In this document: piece after piece, positions 44,231-55,633 of the stretch | How positions within the stretch are numbered: position 1 is the first letter of the stretch | How the letters are laid out: every line of letters starts with the position of its first letter | Notes under the pieces: generated by a model | Told to the model about the DNA's origin: nothing | The model's input: only the letters and a program-made list of their open reading frames with translations | The model's database searches: none | Source of the DNA: a bacterium | GTDB taxonomy: Bacteria; UBA8248 | DNA: 64,000 bases | Assembly: GCA_965202625.1 (NCBI GenBank) | Contig: CBDBBI010000010.1 | Span: 224,001 to 288,000, forward strand | Direction of reading: 5' to 3' | Translations under genes and position numbers: made by a program

Positions 44231-45318
44231 GAGGTCGAAGAACGAAGCCGGCGCTTCTCGCCCTAGAGGATGGCGGAATTTTTAGGGGCGAGAGTTTCGG
44301 GGCGGATTCGGAGGCCGCAGGGGAACTCGTCTTCAACACGGCGATGACGGGTTATCAGGAAGTGCTCACCGACCCTTCTTACCGTGGCCAGATAGTGGTG
44401 ATGACGTATCCCCACATCGGAAACTACGGCATCATTCCGGGGGACGGGGAATCGCGCCGCGCCTGGGTTGAGGCGTTTATTGTGAAGGAGGTTTGCCGAC
44501 GCCACAGCAATTTCAGGGCGACGGACGACTTGGATTCTTACCTGAAGAAAGAAGGCGTTCCAGGGATCGAGGGCGTCGACACCCGCGCGCTCACGCGCCA
44601 CATTCGTGAGGCGGGCGCCTTGCGAGCGATACTCTCCTCTACGAACCTGGACGCCGAAAATCTCGTCGGGCGTGCCAAGGCAAGCCCGGGGCTCGACGGG
44701 CGTGACATGGTGAAGGACGTAACGTGCACCGCCGCGCACCCTTACGGCGAGAGGAAGGGCCGTCCACTCTGCGTGGCCTACGATTTGGGAGCAAAGGACA
44801 ACATATTCCGGGAACTCAGCCGGAGGTTCGACTTGGAGGTCGTGCCGGCCTCGGAGGCGGCGGAGAGCGTGTTGGCGAGAAAGCCGGCAGCCGTGTTCCT
44901 CTCGAATGGCCCGGGGGATCCTGCCGCACTCGGCTACGTGGTGGAAAACGTGAAAAAAATCATCGGCCAGGCCCCCGTCGTGGGCATCTGCCTGGGGCAT
45001 CAAATTCTCGCCCAGGCTCTGGGCGGCAGGACGTATAAACTCAAATTCGGCCACCATGGGGCGAACCACCCCGTCCAGGATGTCCACACGAAGAGGGTCG
45101 CCATCACCTCCCAGAACCATTCGTTTGCCGTGGACCCCGAAAGCCTGCCGGCGGGCGTCGCCGTCACGCATTTCTCCTTGAACGATCAAACTTGCGAGGG
45201 CTTGCGGGCGGGCGCTCCCAAGGTGTTCAGCGTGCAGTATCACCCCGAAGCTTGCCCGGGCCCGCGCGACGCGGGCGCGCTTTTCGATGCGTTTTTCCAC
45301 TTCTGCGTGGGGGAGTGA
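44227..45318 (+). CDS. carA: Carbamoyl-phosphate synthase small subunit
   Basis: GELVFNTAMTGYQE.LTDPSY, SNGPGDP, GICLGHQ and VQYHPE. Confidence 0.97.
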   Translation: MRGRRTKPALLALEDGGIFRGESFGADSEAAGELVFNTAMTGYQEVLTDPSYRGQIVVMTYPHIGNYGIIPGDGESRRAWVEAFIVKEVCRRHSNFRATDDLDSYLKKEGVPGIEGVDTRALTRHIREAGALRAILSSTNLDAENLVGRAKASPGLDGRDMVKDVTCTAAHPYGERKGRPLCVAYDLGAKDNIFRELSRRFDLEVVPASEAAESVLARKPAAVFLSNGPGDPAALGYVVENVKKIIGQAPVVGICLGHQILAQALGGRTYKLKFGHHGANHPVQDVHTKRVAITSQNHSFAVDPESLPAGVAVTHFSLNDQTCEGLRAGAPKVFSVQYHPEACPGPRDAGALFDAFFHFCVGE

Positions 45319-45525
45319 GAGAGTGATTCCTTGATGCGGTTTTGGCTTTGGAAGGCGAGCGAACGGAAATCGCACAGGGGAGGTTGACGGAAAAGAAAAA
45401 AATTAAGCGAAAGCGTCAATGGCGAAATGAACCCATGTTTTTTTGAGACGATTCGGCGGGGAAATCGCCTGCGTCAAATGGATGGCGAACATATTTGATG
45501 CGCCAAACAACGGGGAGGTTGGCGG

Positions 45526-46347
45526 ATGAATGATTGGTGCAATCGCGTTCATCATGGCGACTGCCTTGACGTTATGAGGCGTATTCCTTCCAACAACGTG
45601 GATCTCATCGTCACCTCGCCGCCCTATGCGGATGCGAGAGCACATACCTATGGCGGGATCAAGCCGGATGAATACGTTGCATGGTTTTGTGAGCGCGGCC
45701 TTGAAATGCGCAGGATTTTGAAGCCCAGCGGGTCGTTCGTTTTGAACATCAAGGAAAAGGCGGTAGATGGCGAACGGCATACTTACGTCCTTGAACTCAT
45801 TCTTGCCCTGAAAAGAGAGGTCGGTTTTCGCTGGGTGGAAGAATACGTTTGGCATAAGACGACTTCCGCACCGGGGAAATGGAAGTATCGTTTTCGGGAC
45901 GCCTGGGAGCGCATTCTGCATTTCAGTAAAACGAAAGAAGTCAAGATGCGCCAGGATGCGGTAAAAGTGCCCATTGGCAACTGGACGGAAAAACGGCTTC
46001 GCAACATGAGCAGGAACGACAGGGAAAGGCAAGAATCCGCTACGAACTCGAAAATTGGTCGAAGGATCGAAGCGTGGGAGGGGAAGGACACAGTGTATCC
46101 GTCCAACGTCCTGTATCGCCCGCCCGTTTGCCATAATACGGGACACAGCGCGGTGTTCCCCGAATGGTTGCCGGAGTTTTTCATCCGACTTTTTACGGAT
46201 GAGGGCGACGTTGTTCTCGATCCGTTCTCCGGCAGTGGAACGACGTTCAAGGTGGCGCGGAAAATGGGGCGTGCACCCGTTGGAATAGAGATACGAGAAG
46301 AATACGCGTTCCCGAAATCCGATTCGCAAGCTTCCCTTTTCGGTTAA
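45526..46347 (+). CDS. Beta-class amino-DNA methyltransferase (N4-C likely, or N6-A)
   Basis: GDCLDV, motif IV VTSPPY before motif I VLDPFSGSGTT, and HSAVFP. Confidence 0.92.
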   Translation: MNDWCNRVHHGDCLDVMRRIPSNNVDLIVTSPPYADARAHTYGGIKPDEYVAWFCERGLEMRRILKPSGSFVLNIKEKAVDGERHTYVLELILALKREVGFRWVEEYVWHKTTSAPGKWKYRFRDAWERILHFSKTKEVKMRQDAVKVPIGNWTEKRLRNMSRNDRERQESATNSKIGRRIEAWEGKDTVYPSNVLYRPPVCHNTGHSAVFPEWLPEFFIRLFTDEGDVVLDPFSGSGTTFKVARKMGRAPVGIEIREEYAFPKSDSQASLFG

Positions 46348-46353
46348 GCCGCC

Positions 46354-47007
46354 ATGCGCGAATTGCCTTGGCTTTCGCATGAAGTATTGGGCATGGCCAC
46401 GCGGGATTTGCTCCATTCATCCAATGAGGCGTTTTCTGAGGCGGAAGAACGATTGCGCAAGAATGTGATAGACCCTTTCTCATCAATCGTGGTTGCTTCC
46501 GTATTGGGGATAAATACTTCAAGCGACTTATCAAACGAGCAGGCTTTGCGAACGACAATGGGCGGCATATCCAACGCGGTCGGTGCGTTCCATCAATCTA
46601 TTTTAGTTTCTATTGAGGGATGGGCGGACCATGATTCGGGGTACGATCTAGAAAATCGAGAACAGAAAATTCTTGCCGAGGTTAAAAACAAGCACAACAC
46701 AATGAATTCAGCGAATCGGATGCAAGTCATCTCTGACCTGGAAACTGCAATCCGGCAAAAGGGGCGTGGGTGGACTGGTTATCTGGTGCAGGTCGTCCCC
46801 AAGAAAAAAGAGCGTTTTAAGAAGTCGTTGGTCCCCAACAGACCGATATACGAAGTTGACGGAGCCACTTTTTATGAATTGGCGACAGGCGCAGCAACCG
46901 CCTTGCGAGATTTGTCCGATGTTCTCGAAGAATTTATTGGGAAGAACTTGTCCGATGACGTCAGAATGAAATGCAAGGAGCTATTTCATGCCAGCATCCC
47001 CGCATAA
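46354..47007 (+). CDS. Type II restriction endonuclease, Eco47II-like
   Basis: KNVIDPF...NAVGAFHQ...GYDL...LAEVKNKHNTMNS pattern, adjacent to the MTase, AT-rich. Confidence 0.75.
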   Translation: MRELPWLSHEVLGMATRDLLHSSNEAFSEAEERLRKNVIDPFSSIVVASVLGINTSSDLSNEQALRTTMGGISNAVGAFHQSILVSIEGWADHDSGYDLENREQKILAEVKNKHNTMNSANRMQVISDLETAIRQKGRGWTGYLVQVVPKKKERFKKSLVPNRPIYEVDGATFYELATGAATALRDLSDVLEEFIGKNLSDDVRMKCKELFHASIPA

Positions 47008-47234
47008 AGGCGTATTCGACGAATAAACAGACCGCGGGGAAATCAGACGATTTTGGTGGAGGAGTGATTTACCCTTACAGTAAAAATCAAATGGAATTGC
47101 TTCATCGACTCCTGAGCAAGTAGAGCGAATGCGCCCACCCGAGCGACTACTCGCCCGGGCTGAATGAATCGCTCGGATATGTTGCGGAGATTATGAAAAG
47201 AATACAACAGATCCAATCTAAGAAAGTCTGACCC

Positions 47235-50200
47235 ATGCCGAGGCGAACGGACATATCGAAGGTGTTGATCATCGGCTCGGGACCCATCGTCATCGGCCAG
47301 GCGTGCGAGTTCGACTATTCGGGCGTGCAGGCGTGCAAGGCGCTTCGGGAAGAGGGCTACGAGGTGGTGCTGGTGAACTCGAACCCCGCCACCATCATGA
47401 CCGACCCCGAGATGGCCGACGCCACCTACGTGGAACCTATCACCCCGCGCGTGGTGGAGGAGATCGTCAAAAAAGAGCGGCCCGATGTGCTGCTGCCCAC
47501 GATGGGCGGGCAAACGGGGCTGAACACGGCGGTGGCCTTGGCCGAGTCCGGCGCGCTCGACTCCTGGGGGGTGGAGCTCATCGGGGCGAAGCTGCCCGCC
47601 ATCCGTTGCGCCGAAGATAGGGATTTGTTCAAGAGGGCGATGCGTGCGATCGGCCTGGATTTGCCGAGAAGTGAGGTTGTCGCCACGATGGCGGCAGGCT
47701 GGACGGCGGCACGGGGAATCGGTTTTCCGGTGATTCTCAGGCCCGCCTTCACGCTGGGCGGATCGGGCGGGGCAGTGGCGTTCTCTGAGGAGGAATTTGA
47801 GGAGAAACTGGCGTGGGCTTTATCTGAGAGTCCGACCGATCAGGTGCTGCTCGAGGAGAGCGTCCTAGGCTGGAAGGAATTCGAGCTCGAGGTCATGCGC
47901 GATCTGAAGGACAACGTGTCGATCATCTGCTCAATTGAGAACTTCGACCCCATGGGTGTTCACACGGGCGATTCCATCACCGTCGCCCCCGCCCAGACGC
48001 TCTCGGATCGCGAGTACCAGACTATGCGCGACGCGGCCATCGCCTGTATCCGGAAGGTGGGGGTCGAGTGCGGCGGATCGAACATCCAGTTTGGCCTCAG
48101 TCCCACCGACGGCCGGATGGTGGTGATCGAAATGAACCCGAGGGTATCGAGAAGTTCCGCCCTTGCGAGCAAGGCCACAGGCTTTCCCATCGCCAAGATA
48201 GCGGCCAAACTGGCCGTAGGTCTCACGCTCGACGAGATACCCAATGACATTACACGCCGGACGCCCGCCTCTTTTGAGCCGTCCATCGACTATTGCGTCA
48301 CCAAGATACCGCGCTTCACGTTCGAGAAATTCCCCGAGACGCCCCCCGTCCTAGACACGCAGATGCGCTCCGTGGGGGAGGTGATGGCCATTGGCAGAAC
48401 GTTTCGCGAATCCTTGATGAAGGCGATCAGGTCCCTGGAAATCGACCGCTACGGCCTGGCGGACCCGAAGCCTGAGGATCTGGAGGGGCTATCCGCCAAG
48501 GAGCGCGAAGAAGTCATTTTTGAGGGTTTGCGGACGCCCAGCCCCGATCGTCTTTGGTCCATCGCCCGCGCCTTTCGGGAGGGATGGACGGAGGATGGGG
48601 TATATCGCGCGTCCGGAGTTGACCCCTGGTTTCTGGCGCATCTCGCCGAGCTGGTGGAGATGGAAGCGGACGCCGTCGCGCCCGGCTTGCTCGATGATGA
48701 GGTGGAGCTCAGATTTTTGAAGGAAAACGGTTTTAGCGATAAGGAGATCGCCGGAAGGCGGGGCGTGGAGGAGAGGGATGTTCGCGCGGCGCGACGCCGC
48801 CTAGGGGTTCGGCCCGCTTACAAGCAGGTGGATACCTGCGCCGCCGAGTTCGAGGTTCATACGCCCTATCTCTACTCCACTTATGAGTGCGAGGATGAGG
48901 CGAAGCCGACGAAGCGAAAAAAGATCGTCATTCTGGGCGGCGGCCCCAATCGCATTGGCCAGGGCATCGAGTTCGACTATTGCTGCGTTCACGCCGTGAT
49001 GGGGCTATCGGAGGCGGGCTTCGAGACCATCATGGTGAACTGTAACCCCGAGACGGTGAGCACCGACTATGATACGAGCGACAGGCTGTATTTCGAGCCG
49101 CTCACGTTGGAGGACGTGCTGGAGATCGTCGAAAGGGAGAGTCCACAGGGCGTCATCGTCCAGTTCGGTGGTCAAACGCCGCTCAAACTCGCTCTCGCCC
49201 TCAAGGAGGCGGGCGCGCCGATTCTGGGAACCTCGCCCGAGAGCATTGACCTGACCGAAGACAGGGATCGATTCAGCAAAATGCTCAAGGAACTTCACCT
49301 CACTCAACCTCCCTCTGGAACGGCCACGAACGCCGAAGACGCGCTCAAGGTCGCTCGCGCGGTTGGCTATCCCGTTCTGATACGCCCCAGCTACGTGCTG
49401 GGTGGACGCGCCATGGTGCTCGTCCACGATGGGGATGAGCTCGCCGCCTATATGCGTGAAGCCGTTCGCGCCTCCGCGGAGAAGCCTGTCTTGATCGACC
49501 GATTTCTGGAGGACTCTGTGGAGGTGGACGTGGACGCGGTGTCCGACGGGCGCAGCGTGGTCATCGCGGGCGTGATGGAGCACATTGAGGAGGCAGGAAT
49601 TCACAGCGGCGATTCTGCCTGCTCCACCCCCCCCTACACGCTGGGCCCCTACATCGTGGAGGAATTGAAGCGCCAGACGAAGATATTGGCGCGCGCTCTG
49701 AACGTTGTGGGCCTCGGCAACTTCCAGTTTGCGGTGCACAAGCGACAGGTGTTCGTCCTAGAGGTGAACCCCCGCGCGAGCCGGACGGTGCCCTACGTGA
49801 GCAAGGTGGTCGGCGCGCCTTTCGCCAAGATCGCCGCTCGGGTGATGGCGGGGGAGACGCTCTCCTCGCTTGGTTTGCGCGGGGATTTTCAACCCCGACA
49901 TTTTGGGGTGAAAGAGGCGGTGTTTCCCTTTAAGAAATTCTCTGGCGTGGACGTCATCCTCGGGCCGGAGATGAAGTCCACGGGCGAGGTGATGGGACTA
50001 GGCGTGGATTTTCCCACCGCGTTTCTGAAGGCCCAGGAAGGGGCGGGTGCCACTCTGCCGAGAGAGGGGCGCGCGTTCCTCTCCGTTCGGGATGCGGACA
50101 AGGCGGCTATCGTTCCCCTCGCGCAGCTGCTCATCGAGCTGGGGTTCTCGCTGGTGTCCACGGAGGGGACGAGAGCGGTGCTCATGGCCAACGGGATAGA

Positions 50201-50486
50201 GACGGACTTCGCGCACAAGGTGATCGACGGCGTGCCGGGCCACATTGTGGAGCAGATGGAAGCGGGCGGGGTGCAGTTCGTCTTGAACACCACGGCGGGG
50301 AGGCAGTCGATCAGGGACAGCTATTCTATACGCAGAACGGCACTTTTGCGGAATATATTCTATTGCACCACCCTCGCCGCCGGGCAGGCGGCCATCCGCG
50401 CCGTACGGATTATGCGCGAGGGGGCATATTCGGTGCGTTCTTTACAGGATTATCATGCGGACATGAGAAAAGCCCACCTCCGATGA
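47235..50486 (+). CDS. carB: Carbamoyl-phosphate synthase large subunit
   Basis: MPRRTDI...[17 protein letters not shown], two ATP-grasp domains and an MGS domain. Confidence 0.98.
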   Translation: MPRRTDISKVLIIGSGPIVIGQACEFDYSGVQACKALREEGYEVVLVNSNPATIMTDPEMADATYVEPITPRVVEEIVKKERPDVLLPTMGGQTGLNTAVALAESGALDSWGVELIGAKLPAIRCAEDRDLFKRAMRAIGLDLPRSEVVATMAAGWTAARGIGFPVILRPAFTLGGSGGAVAFSEEEFEEKLAWALSESPTDQVLLEESVLGWKEFELEVMRDLKDNVSIICSIENFDPMGVHTGDSITVAPAQTLSDREYQTMRDAAIACIRKVGVECGGSNIQFGLSPTDGRMVVIEMNPRVSRSSALASKATGFPIAKIAAKLAVGLTLDEIPNDITRRTPASFEPSIDYCVTKIPRFTFEKFPETPPVLDTQMRSVGEVMAIGRTFRESLMKAIRSLEIDRYGLADPKPEDLEGLSAKEREEVIFEGLRTPSPDRLWSIARAFREGWTEDGVYRASGVDPWFLAHLAELVEMEADAVAPGLLDDEVELRFLKENGFSDKEIAGRRGVEERDVRAARRRLGVRPAYKQVDTCAAEFEVHTPYLYSTYECEDEAKPTKRKKIVILGGGPNRIGQGIEFDYCCVHAVMGLSEAGFETIMVNCNPETVSTDYDTSDRLYFEPLTLEDVLEIVERESPQGVIVQFGGQTPLKLALALKEAGAPILGTSPESIDLTEDRDRFSKMLKELHLTQPPSGTATNAEDALKVARAVGYPVLIRPSYVLGGRAMVLVHDGDELAAYMREAVRASAEKPVLIDRFLEDSVEVDVDAVSDGRSVVIAGVMEHIEEAGIHSGDSACSTPPYTLGPYIVEELKRQTKILARALNVVGLGNFQFAVHKRQVFVLEVNPRASRTVPYVSKVVGAPFAKIAARVMAGETLSSLGLRGDFQPRHFGVKEAVFPFKKFSGVDVILGPEMKSTGEVMGLGVDFPTAFLKAQEGAGATLPREGRAFLSVRDADKAAIVPLAQLLIELGFSLVSTEGTRAVLMANGIETDFAHKVIDGVPGHIVEQMEAGGVQFVLNTTAGRQSIRDSYSIRRTALLRNIFYCTTLAAGQAAIRAVRIMREGAYSVRSLQDYHADMRKAHLR

Positions 50487-50946
50487 GAGGATTTTTGCGC
50501 ATGGGACGCTTCGCCGTCCCGGCGCGAAATTTCCCACGCGAACGCCCTCTGCGAGGCGAGCCGTTTAAACGTATGGCTCACACCGCGCAAGGGGAAGCTG
50601 TCAAAGTCCTGAAAGACAACCTGAATGGGGGATAATACGCCAGTGCTTCGTCATGCGTCTCGCCGGCGGCCATATCCCCCTCCCCGCGACATCGGCGTCG
50701 GCCCCGTATATACCAGTGGCGGGGGCATGAAGTGATGATACATGGTCTTTGCGCATGGACCCGCAAAGGTGGGGTTTTTCATTAGATGCTTCACGACCCG
50801 GCGGGGATTAGAAGGAGCGGCCGGATGCGTTATATCGGGAAAACGCGCAGGTGAGGGGATTGTTGGAACTTTCGGCCCGCTGGGGGACTTGAAGTCGCTC
50901 GGGCGGTGCGGTTCGTCTGATTCTCGAAGCTGAGAGGCGCAAGATC

Positions 50947-51210
50947 ATGCTTCGGCTCATATTCTATCTGGCGTTGTCTTGGGCGATCTATTACCTTGTT
51001 CGCAGCCTCGTCGGGAATCCGAGGGGAGCAGCGCGGAAAAATTCTGAGCGCGCTGAGGAAATGGACGACGAGATGCTGCATTGCCCCGAATGTGAGACCT
51101 TTTTCCCCTCCTTCATGAGCGTCTCCCGCCGGGCGGGTGCTGGCAGGCGTTCGTTTTGCAGCGAAGCGTGCGCGGAGAATTTCGCCAATAGAGGCGGCCC
51201 GCCGAAATAG
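50947..51210 (+). CDS. Small membrane-anchored TRASH/YHS-type zinc-finger protein (PP0621-like)
   Basis: N-terminal TM helix, then EMLHCPEC...FCSEAC. Confidence 0.7.
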   Translation: MLRLIFYLALSWAIYYLVRSLVGNPRGAARKNSERAEEMDDEMLHCPECETFFPSFMSVSRRAGAGRRSFCSEACAENFANRGGPPK

Positions 51211-51677
51211 AGGGCGGCTTGAGTCAGAGGGGACGTCTGCTTTTCCTGCTCGTGTCTTCCCATCGTTCTGAAGCGTCGCTCGGCGCTTTTTGAAAAATGG
51301 TCGGAGCCTCGCCTCCTTTCGCCTGGGTAGGGAGGTGTTGCGGTCGCCAAATAGCATTCTGCTCGTCTCCCTTGTTTAAATGGAGATGAAGGGCGGATGG
51401 AGGAGGAGAATTTATGAAAATTAACGAAAATTTCTAGTACAAGAACCCGCCGCCAAACAAGGGCCGATTCAGTGAGGTTCAGCCTTGGGCAGAAGATGGA
51501 TGCGGGCGGGGGCGTCATATGTAACTAATTGACTCAATATGGGTTTCAGAATCCATCTCTCTCTTTCTTCCACCATGTTGACATTTGGACACAGCGGCGT
51601 AATCTGCGAAATATGCAGCTTTCGCCCGTATCGTTAACGCCCTTGGCGAGCGGCCAAAAAACGTGGCGGGAGAGAAA

Positions 51678-52328
51678 ATGAAGATATTTATTGATACGGC
51701 CAACTTGGAGGAGATCGAAGAGGCGGCGTCGATCGGTATATTGGACGGCGTGACGACGAATCCCTCGCTCATAGCGAAGGAGGGGGCGGACCATCACGCG
51801 CGTATCAACGAAATATGCGAGATGGTTGATGGTCCGGTGAGTGCGGAGGTCGTCGCCACGCAGTGGCGGGAGATGGTTGAGGAGGGCCGAGAACTGGCTG
51901 CCGTCCATGAGAACGTCGTGGTAAAGGTACCGGTGGGCGTTGAGGGCTTGCGTGCCTCCAAAGCCTTGCACGAGGAGAACGTCGACACGAACGTCACGCT
52001 GATATTCAGCCCCGCCCAAGCCATGCTGGCGGCCAAGGCGGGTGCCTCGTTCGTGAGCCCTTTCGTCGGCCGGCTGGACGATATCTCGAATCCTGGTATG
52101 GAGATGGTGCGGGATATCGTGCGGATATTTCAGAACTATGATTACGCCGCCCAAGTCTTGGTGGCGAGCATACGCACGCCGATTCATTTGCTTGAGGCCG
52201 CAAAAATGGGAGCGGACGTCGCGACGGCGCCTTTCCACGTGATCGCGCAGCTGCTCAAGCACCCATTGACGGACATGGGGTTGGAGAAATTTTTGGCAGA
52301 CTGGCGCCAAGCCAATGAAATGCGCTGA
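51678..52328 (+). CDS. tal: Transaldolase / fructose-6-phosphate aldolase (TalC/Fsa type)
   Basis: [37 protein letters not shown] and ASIR. Confidence 0.93.
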   Translation: MKIFIDTANLEEIEEAASIGILDGVTTNPSLIAKEGADHHARINEICEMVDGPVSAEVVATQWREMVEEGRELAAVHENVVVKVPVGVEGLRASKALHEENVDTNVTLIFSPAQAMLAAKAGASFVSPFVGRLDDISNPGMEMVRDIVRIFQNYDYAAQVLVASIRTPIHLLEAAKMGADVATAPFHVIAQLLKHPLTDMGLEKFLADWRQANEMR

Positions 52329-52348
52329 CTATTCTGGAGGTGTGGACC

Positions 52349-52582
52349 ATGATGCCGATGTATGAATTTCTTTGTGGAAACTGTGAAAAGGATTTTGAGA
52401 CGATCATCTCATCCGTGCAAGCGGTCGATCTGGTGGAATGTCCTGAGTGCAGCTCTCTAAAAGTGCATAAAAAGCTCTCTTTGTTCGCCAAATCCTCTTC
52501 CGGCGCGGCGGGGGCGACGGCGGCTTTTGATGGATACGCATCCGGTGGGGGTTGTTGCGGCGGGGCATGCGCGTGCCGCTAG
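52349..52582 (+). CDS. FmdB-family zinc-ribbon protein
   Basis: MPMYEFLCGNC...FE...CPEC...KKLS and C-terminal CCGGACAC. Confidence 0.85.
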   Translation: MMPMYEFLCGNCEKDFETIISSVQAVDLVECPECSSLKVHKKLSLFAKSSSGAAGATAAFDGYASGGGCCGGACACR

Positions 52583-52668
52583 CTTCTTATGGGTTTTGTC
52601 TTTGACTGTCTTTCTGGATGGACTTGAACTCTATCCTTTCAGGAATTTCTTTAGGAGGAAGGGAGGTC

Positions 52669-53919
52669 GTGGCACGAGAGGAGCAGGTCAGTGTACGCCA
52701 GACCGTGGAAGCGCAGTTCGACCGGGCGGCGGAGCACATAAACATAGATGATGAGTTGTCCGTCCTCCTCAAGAAGCCTTTTCGAGAGATGAGGGTTGAA
52801 ATACCCATTCGCAGAGACGATGGCTCTCTCGGGGTTTGGGAAGGATACCGCGTTCAGTTCAATGGCTCCCGAGGCCCATTCAAGGGTGGAATCCGGTACC
52901 ACCATGAAGTGAATATGGACGAAGTGTGCGGACTTTCGGCGCTCATGGCTTGGAAGACGGCCTTGGTGAACGTTCCATTTGGTGGAGGGAAGGGAGGCGT
53001 CAACGTCAACGTGCATGAGCTCAGTCGGTTTGAGCTGGAGCGGCTGACGAGAAAGTTTATCGCGCGCATTGGGCGAATTCTGGGTCCATACCGCGATATT
53101 CCTGCCCCCGACGTCAATACGAACGCGCAGGTGATGGCGTGGATTTTCGATGAATACAGCAGTCGTCAGGGGTATGCGCCGGCGTGCGTCACCGGAAAGC
53201 CTTTGACCATGGGCGGCTCTCTGGGGCGTGAGGCTGCCACGGGGCGAGGCGTCGTGATGGTGTATGAGGAGTTCGCCAAAAAGGAAGGCTGGGACCCGGC
53301 GAATATGACGGTGGCGATACAAGGTTTCGGGAACGTCGGAACCTTCGCCGCTAGGTTCATGAGCGATCTGGGGGTGAAAGTCTTGGCGATTTCGGGCAGT
53401 AGAGGCGCTTATTTTAACGGTGATGGCGTTGAAGTCGAAGCGGCTGCGGTGCATCGCAAAGAAGAGGGAACGCTAGAAGGTCTCGCGGGAGTCGAAGAAA
53501 TCACCAATGAAGAGCTTTTGACGCTTGATGTGGACGTCTTAATTCCAGCGGCCCTTGGTGGCGCGATTCACGCGGGCAATGCGGCGGACGTGAAGGCGCG
53601 CGTCGTTCTGGAGGCGGCCAATGCGCCCATCACTGATGAGGGAGAGAAAATACTGGGCGTCAGCGATCACGTCGTGGTGGTCCCGGACGTGTTGGCGAAT
53701 GCGGGCGGTGTGACGGTTTCATATTTTGAGTGGGTGCAGAACATTCAGCAATTCCGGTGGAATGAAGAGCAGGTGAATGTCGAGCTGGGCAAAATCATGG
53801 CACGCGCCACTGGTGAGGTCTATGAACTGTCCAAGGAGAAAAATGTGTCTTTGCGCATGGCCGCTTTCATCATTGCGATTCAAAGAGTGGCGGAGGCGGA
53901 ACGCCTTCGCGGCGTATAG
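52669..53919 (+). CDS. gdhA: Glu/Leu/Phe/Val dehydrogenase (glutamate dehydrogenase)
   Basis: [32 protein letters not shown] and [15 protein letters not shown]. Confidence 0.92.
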   Translation: MAREEQVSVRQTVEAQFDRAAEHINIDDELSVLLKKPFREMRVEIPIRRDDGSLGVWEGYRVQFNGSRGPFKGGIRYHHEVNMDEVCGLSALMAWKTALVNVPFGGGKGGVNVNVHELSRFELERLTRKFIARIGRILGPYRDIPAPDVNTNAQVMAWIFDEYSSRQGYAPACVTGKPLTMGGSLGREAATGRGVVMVYEEFAKKEGWDPANMTVAIQGFGNVGTFAARFMSDLGVKVLAISGSRGAYFNGDGVEVEAAAVHRKEEGTLEGLAGVEEITNEELLTLDVDVLIPAALGGAIHAGNAADVKARVVLEAANAPITDEGEKILGVSDHVVVVPDVLANAGGVTVSYFEWVQNIQQFRWNEEQVNVELGKIMARATGEVYELSKEKNVSLRMAAFIIAIQRVAEAERLRGV

Positions 53920-53942
53920 GGCCAGCCGCATCGCTGGAGTTT

Positions 53943-54859
53943 TTGTTGTCTGGATTCGTGATAGACGCTCGCGACATCGAAAAATTGTTTGGAACTCTCA
54001 AAGCTGTCAATGGTATTTCGCTTCAGGTGGAGCCCGGCGAGTGTTTTGGCATTCTGGGCCCGAACGGGGCTGGTAAAACAACTACAATCAAGATGATACA
54101 TGGAGCCGTTCAGCTCGACGGGGGCGACCTTAAGGTGTTGGCTGGGACGTTCTGACCAAGAATTGACTTATTCGCGCCGAGATGGGAATCGTATCGCAAG
54201 AAGATACCTTGGACCGAGATCTGACAGTATATGAAAACCTGTGGGTCTATGCCGGATTTTTCGGCATCTCCAAGAAGGCGTCTTTGTCCCGCATCGCCCG
54301 TATGCTCGATTTCATGCAGCTTCGAGAGAAACGGGATGCGCGGATCAACACTTTGTCTGGCGGAATGAAGCGCCGACTCCACATTGCGCGCGCCTTGATC
54401 CATGACCCAAAGTTCCTGATTCTGGATGAGCCCACCACCGGCCTTGACCCCCAAGCGCGGCATCTCGTCTGGGGAAGGCTTCGGGAATTGAAGGACAAGG
54501 GGCTCACTATCCTTCTCACTAAGCATTACATGGAAGAGGCGGCCCAGATGTGCGATCGCATAGGCATCATGGATGCGGGAAAATTTCTCCTTGAGGGCGC
54601 GCCGCAAGCCCTGGTGCATGAAAACGTGGGTGATGAGGTGTGCGAACTCAGGGGCGGCGCTTCGGAGGAATTACTCGATTCACTAAAGGGTTTTCACGTA
54701 ACCACCGAAGCCGTTGCGGACATATTGTATATGTATAGCCACGATGAAATGCGGATGATGGAGCATTTGCTCTCTCGGGGGCGGAAAGATTTTTTGAGGA
54801 GGCCCGCGACTCTGGAAGACTTGTTTTTAAGACTCACAGGACGGGATCTTCGGGATTGA
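53943..54859 (+). pseudogene. NodI-like ABC exporter ATPase, disrupted
   Basis: Walker A (GPNGAGKT) and the signature/Walker B (LSGG, DEPTTGLD) lie in different frames. There is a 1-nt deletion near 54141 and an in-frame TGA at 54164-54166. Confidence 0.8.
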
Positions 54860-55633
54860 TGTTTTCTCCCCAAGCCGCCGAGCCGTCGTGCCTTTCGCGT
54901 CTGGGTTCGCCATTTGGTGTATTACCGCTCTTTTTACCTGGCGGAATGGGCTGGTAATCTGGGTGAGCATGTTTTGTGGCTGGTGGCGTTTGGTTATGGA
55001 CTGGGTCGCCTAGTACCGCATCTGGACGGCGTCTCGTATGCGCAATTCATCGGTCCCGGCCTGATGGTCTCCGTAGCTATGTGGAACGCCACTTATGAGT
55101 CCACGTACGGGGCGTATTCAAGAATGCGTATTCAAAACGTGTATGAGTCCATGCTGATGGCTCCGCTCACGGTGGGCGACGTTGTCCTGGGTGATCTTCT
55201 TTGGTGCGCCAGCCGCGCATTGATAGGCTCGACGCTCATGCTGATCGTTTTAGGCCTGTTCGGTTTGGTTAGCTCGTTGTGGGCGTTCGCGATTCTTCCG
55301 ATTCTATTTATTGAGGCGGTGATGTTCGCAGCCTTGGGGCTGATTGCGACATCGTTGGCCCATGGCTTTTCGTTTTTTAATTTCTATTTCTCTGTCATTG
55401 TCATGCCTATGTTTTTCTTTGCGGGTGCCTTGTTTCCCATCAAAGGTCTTCCATCGTGGGTGGAGCGACTGTCCGACGCTCTCCCGCTTACACATGCGAT
55501 GAGAATCGCGCGTGGCTTGTTCATTTACGGGCGTGTGGAGAATTTTATCTGGCATTTTTCCTTTCTGCTCGGTTTTATGCTCTTGTCCTTGGTCATCGCC
55601 TGCTTTTTGGTGAGCAGGCGGATGGTGGAATGA
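54859..55633 (+). pseudogene. NodJ-like ABC-2 permease with a +1 frameshift just after its ATG
   Basis: ATG 54859 followed by one extra T, then FLPKPPSRRAFRVWVRHLVYY in the frame of the permease body (Y.QFI.PGL, PMFFF.G..FP, LPLTH). Confidence 0.65.

Noticed and set aside
47043-47230. AT-rich stretch before carB with short broken reading frames
   Set aside because: It may be a gene remnant, but no family could be recognised.
50755-50780. Minus-strand CCCACCT..GCGGGTCCA resembling the 6S RNA 3' bulge motif
   Set aside because: I could not build a convincing 6S closing stem on that strand, so it is kept only as a generic ncRNA candidate.
54164-54166. In-frame TGA as a possible selenocysteine codon, given the yqeB/yqeC genes
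   Set aside because: It falls at a non-catalytic position of an ABC ATPase next to a frameshift, with no evident SECIS hairpin. A CGA-to-TGA nonsense change is simpler.
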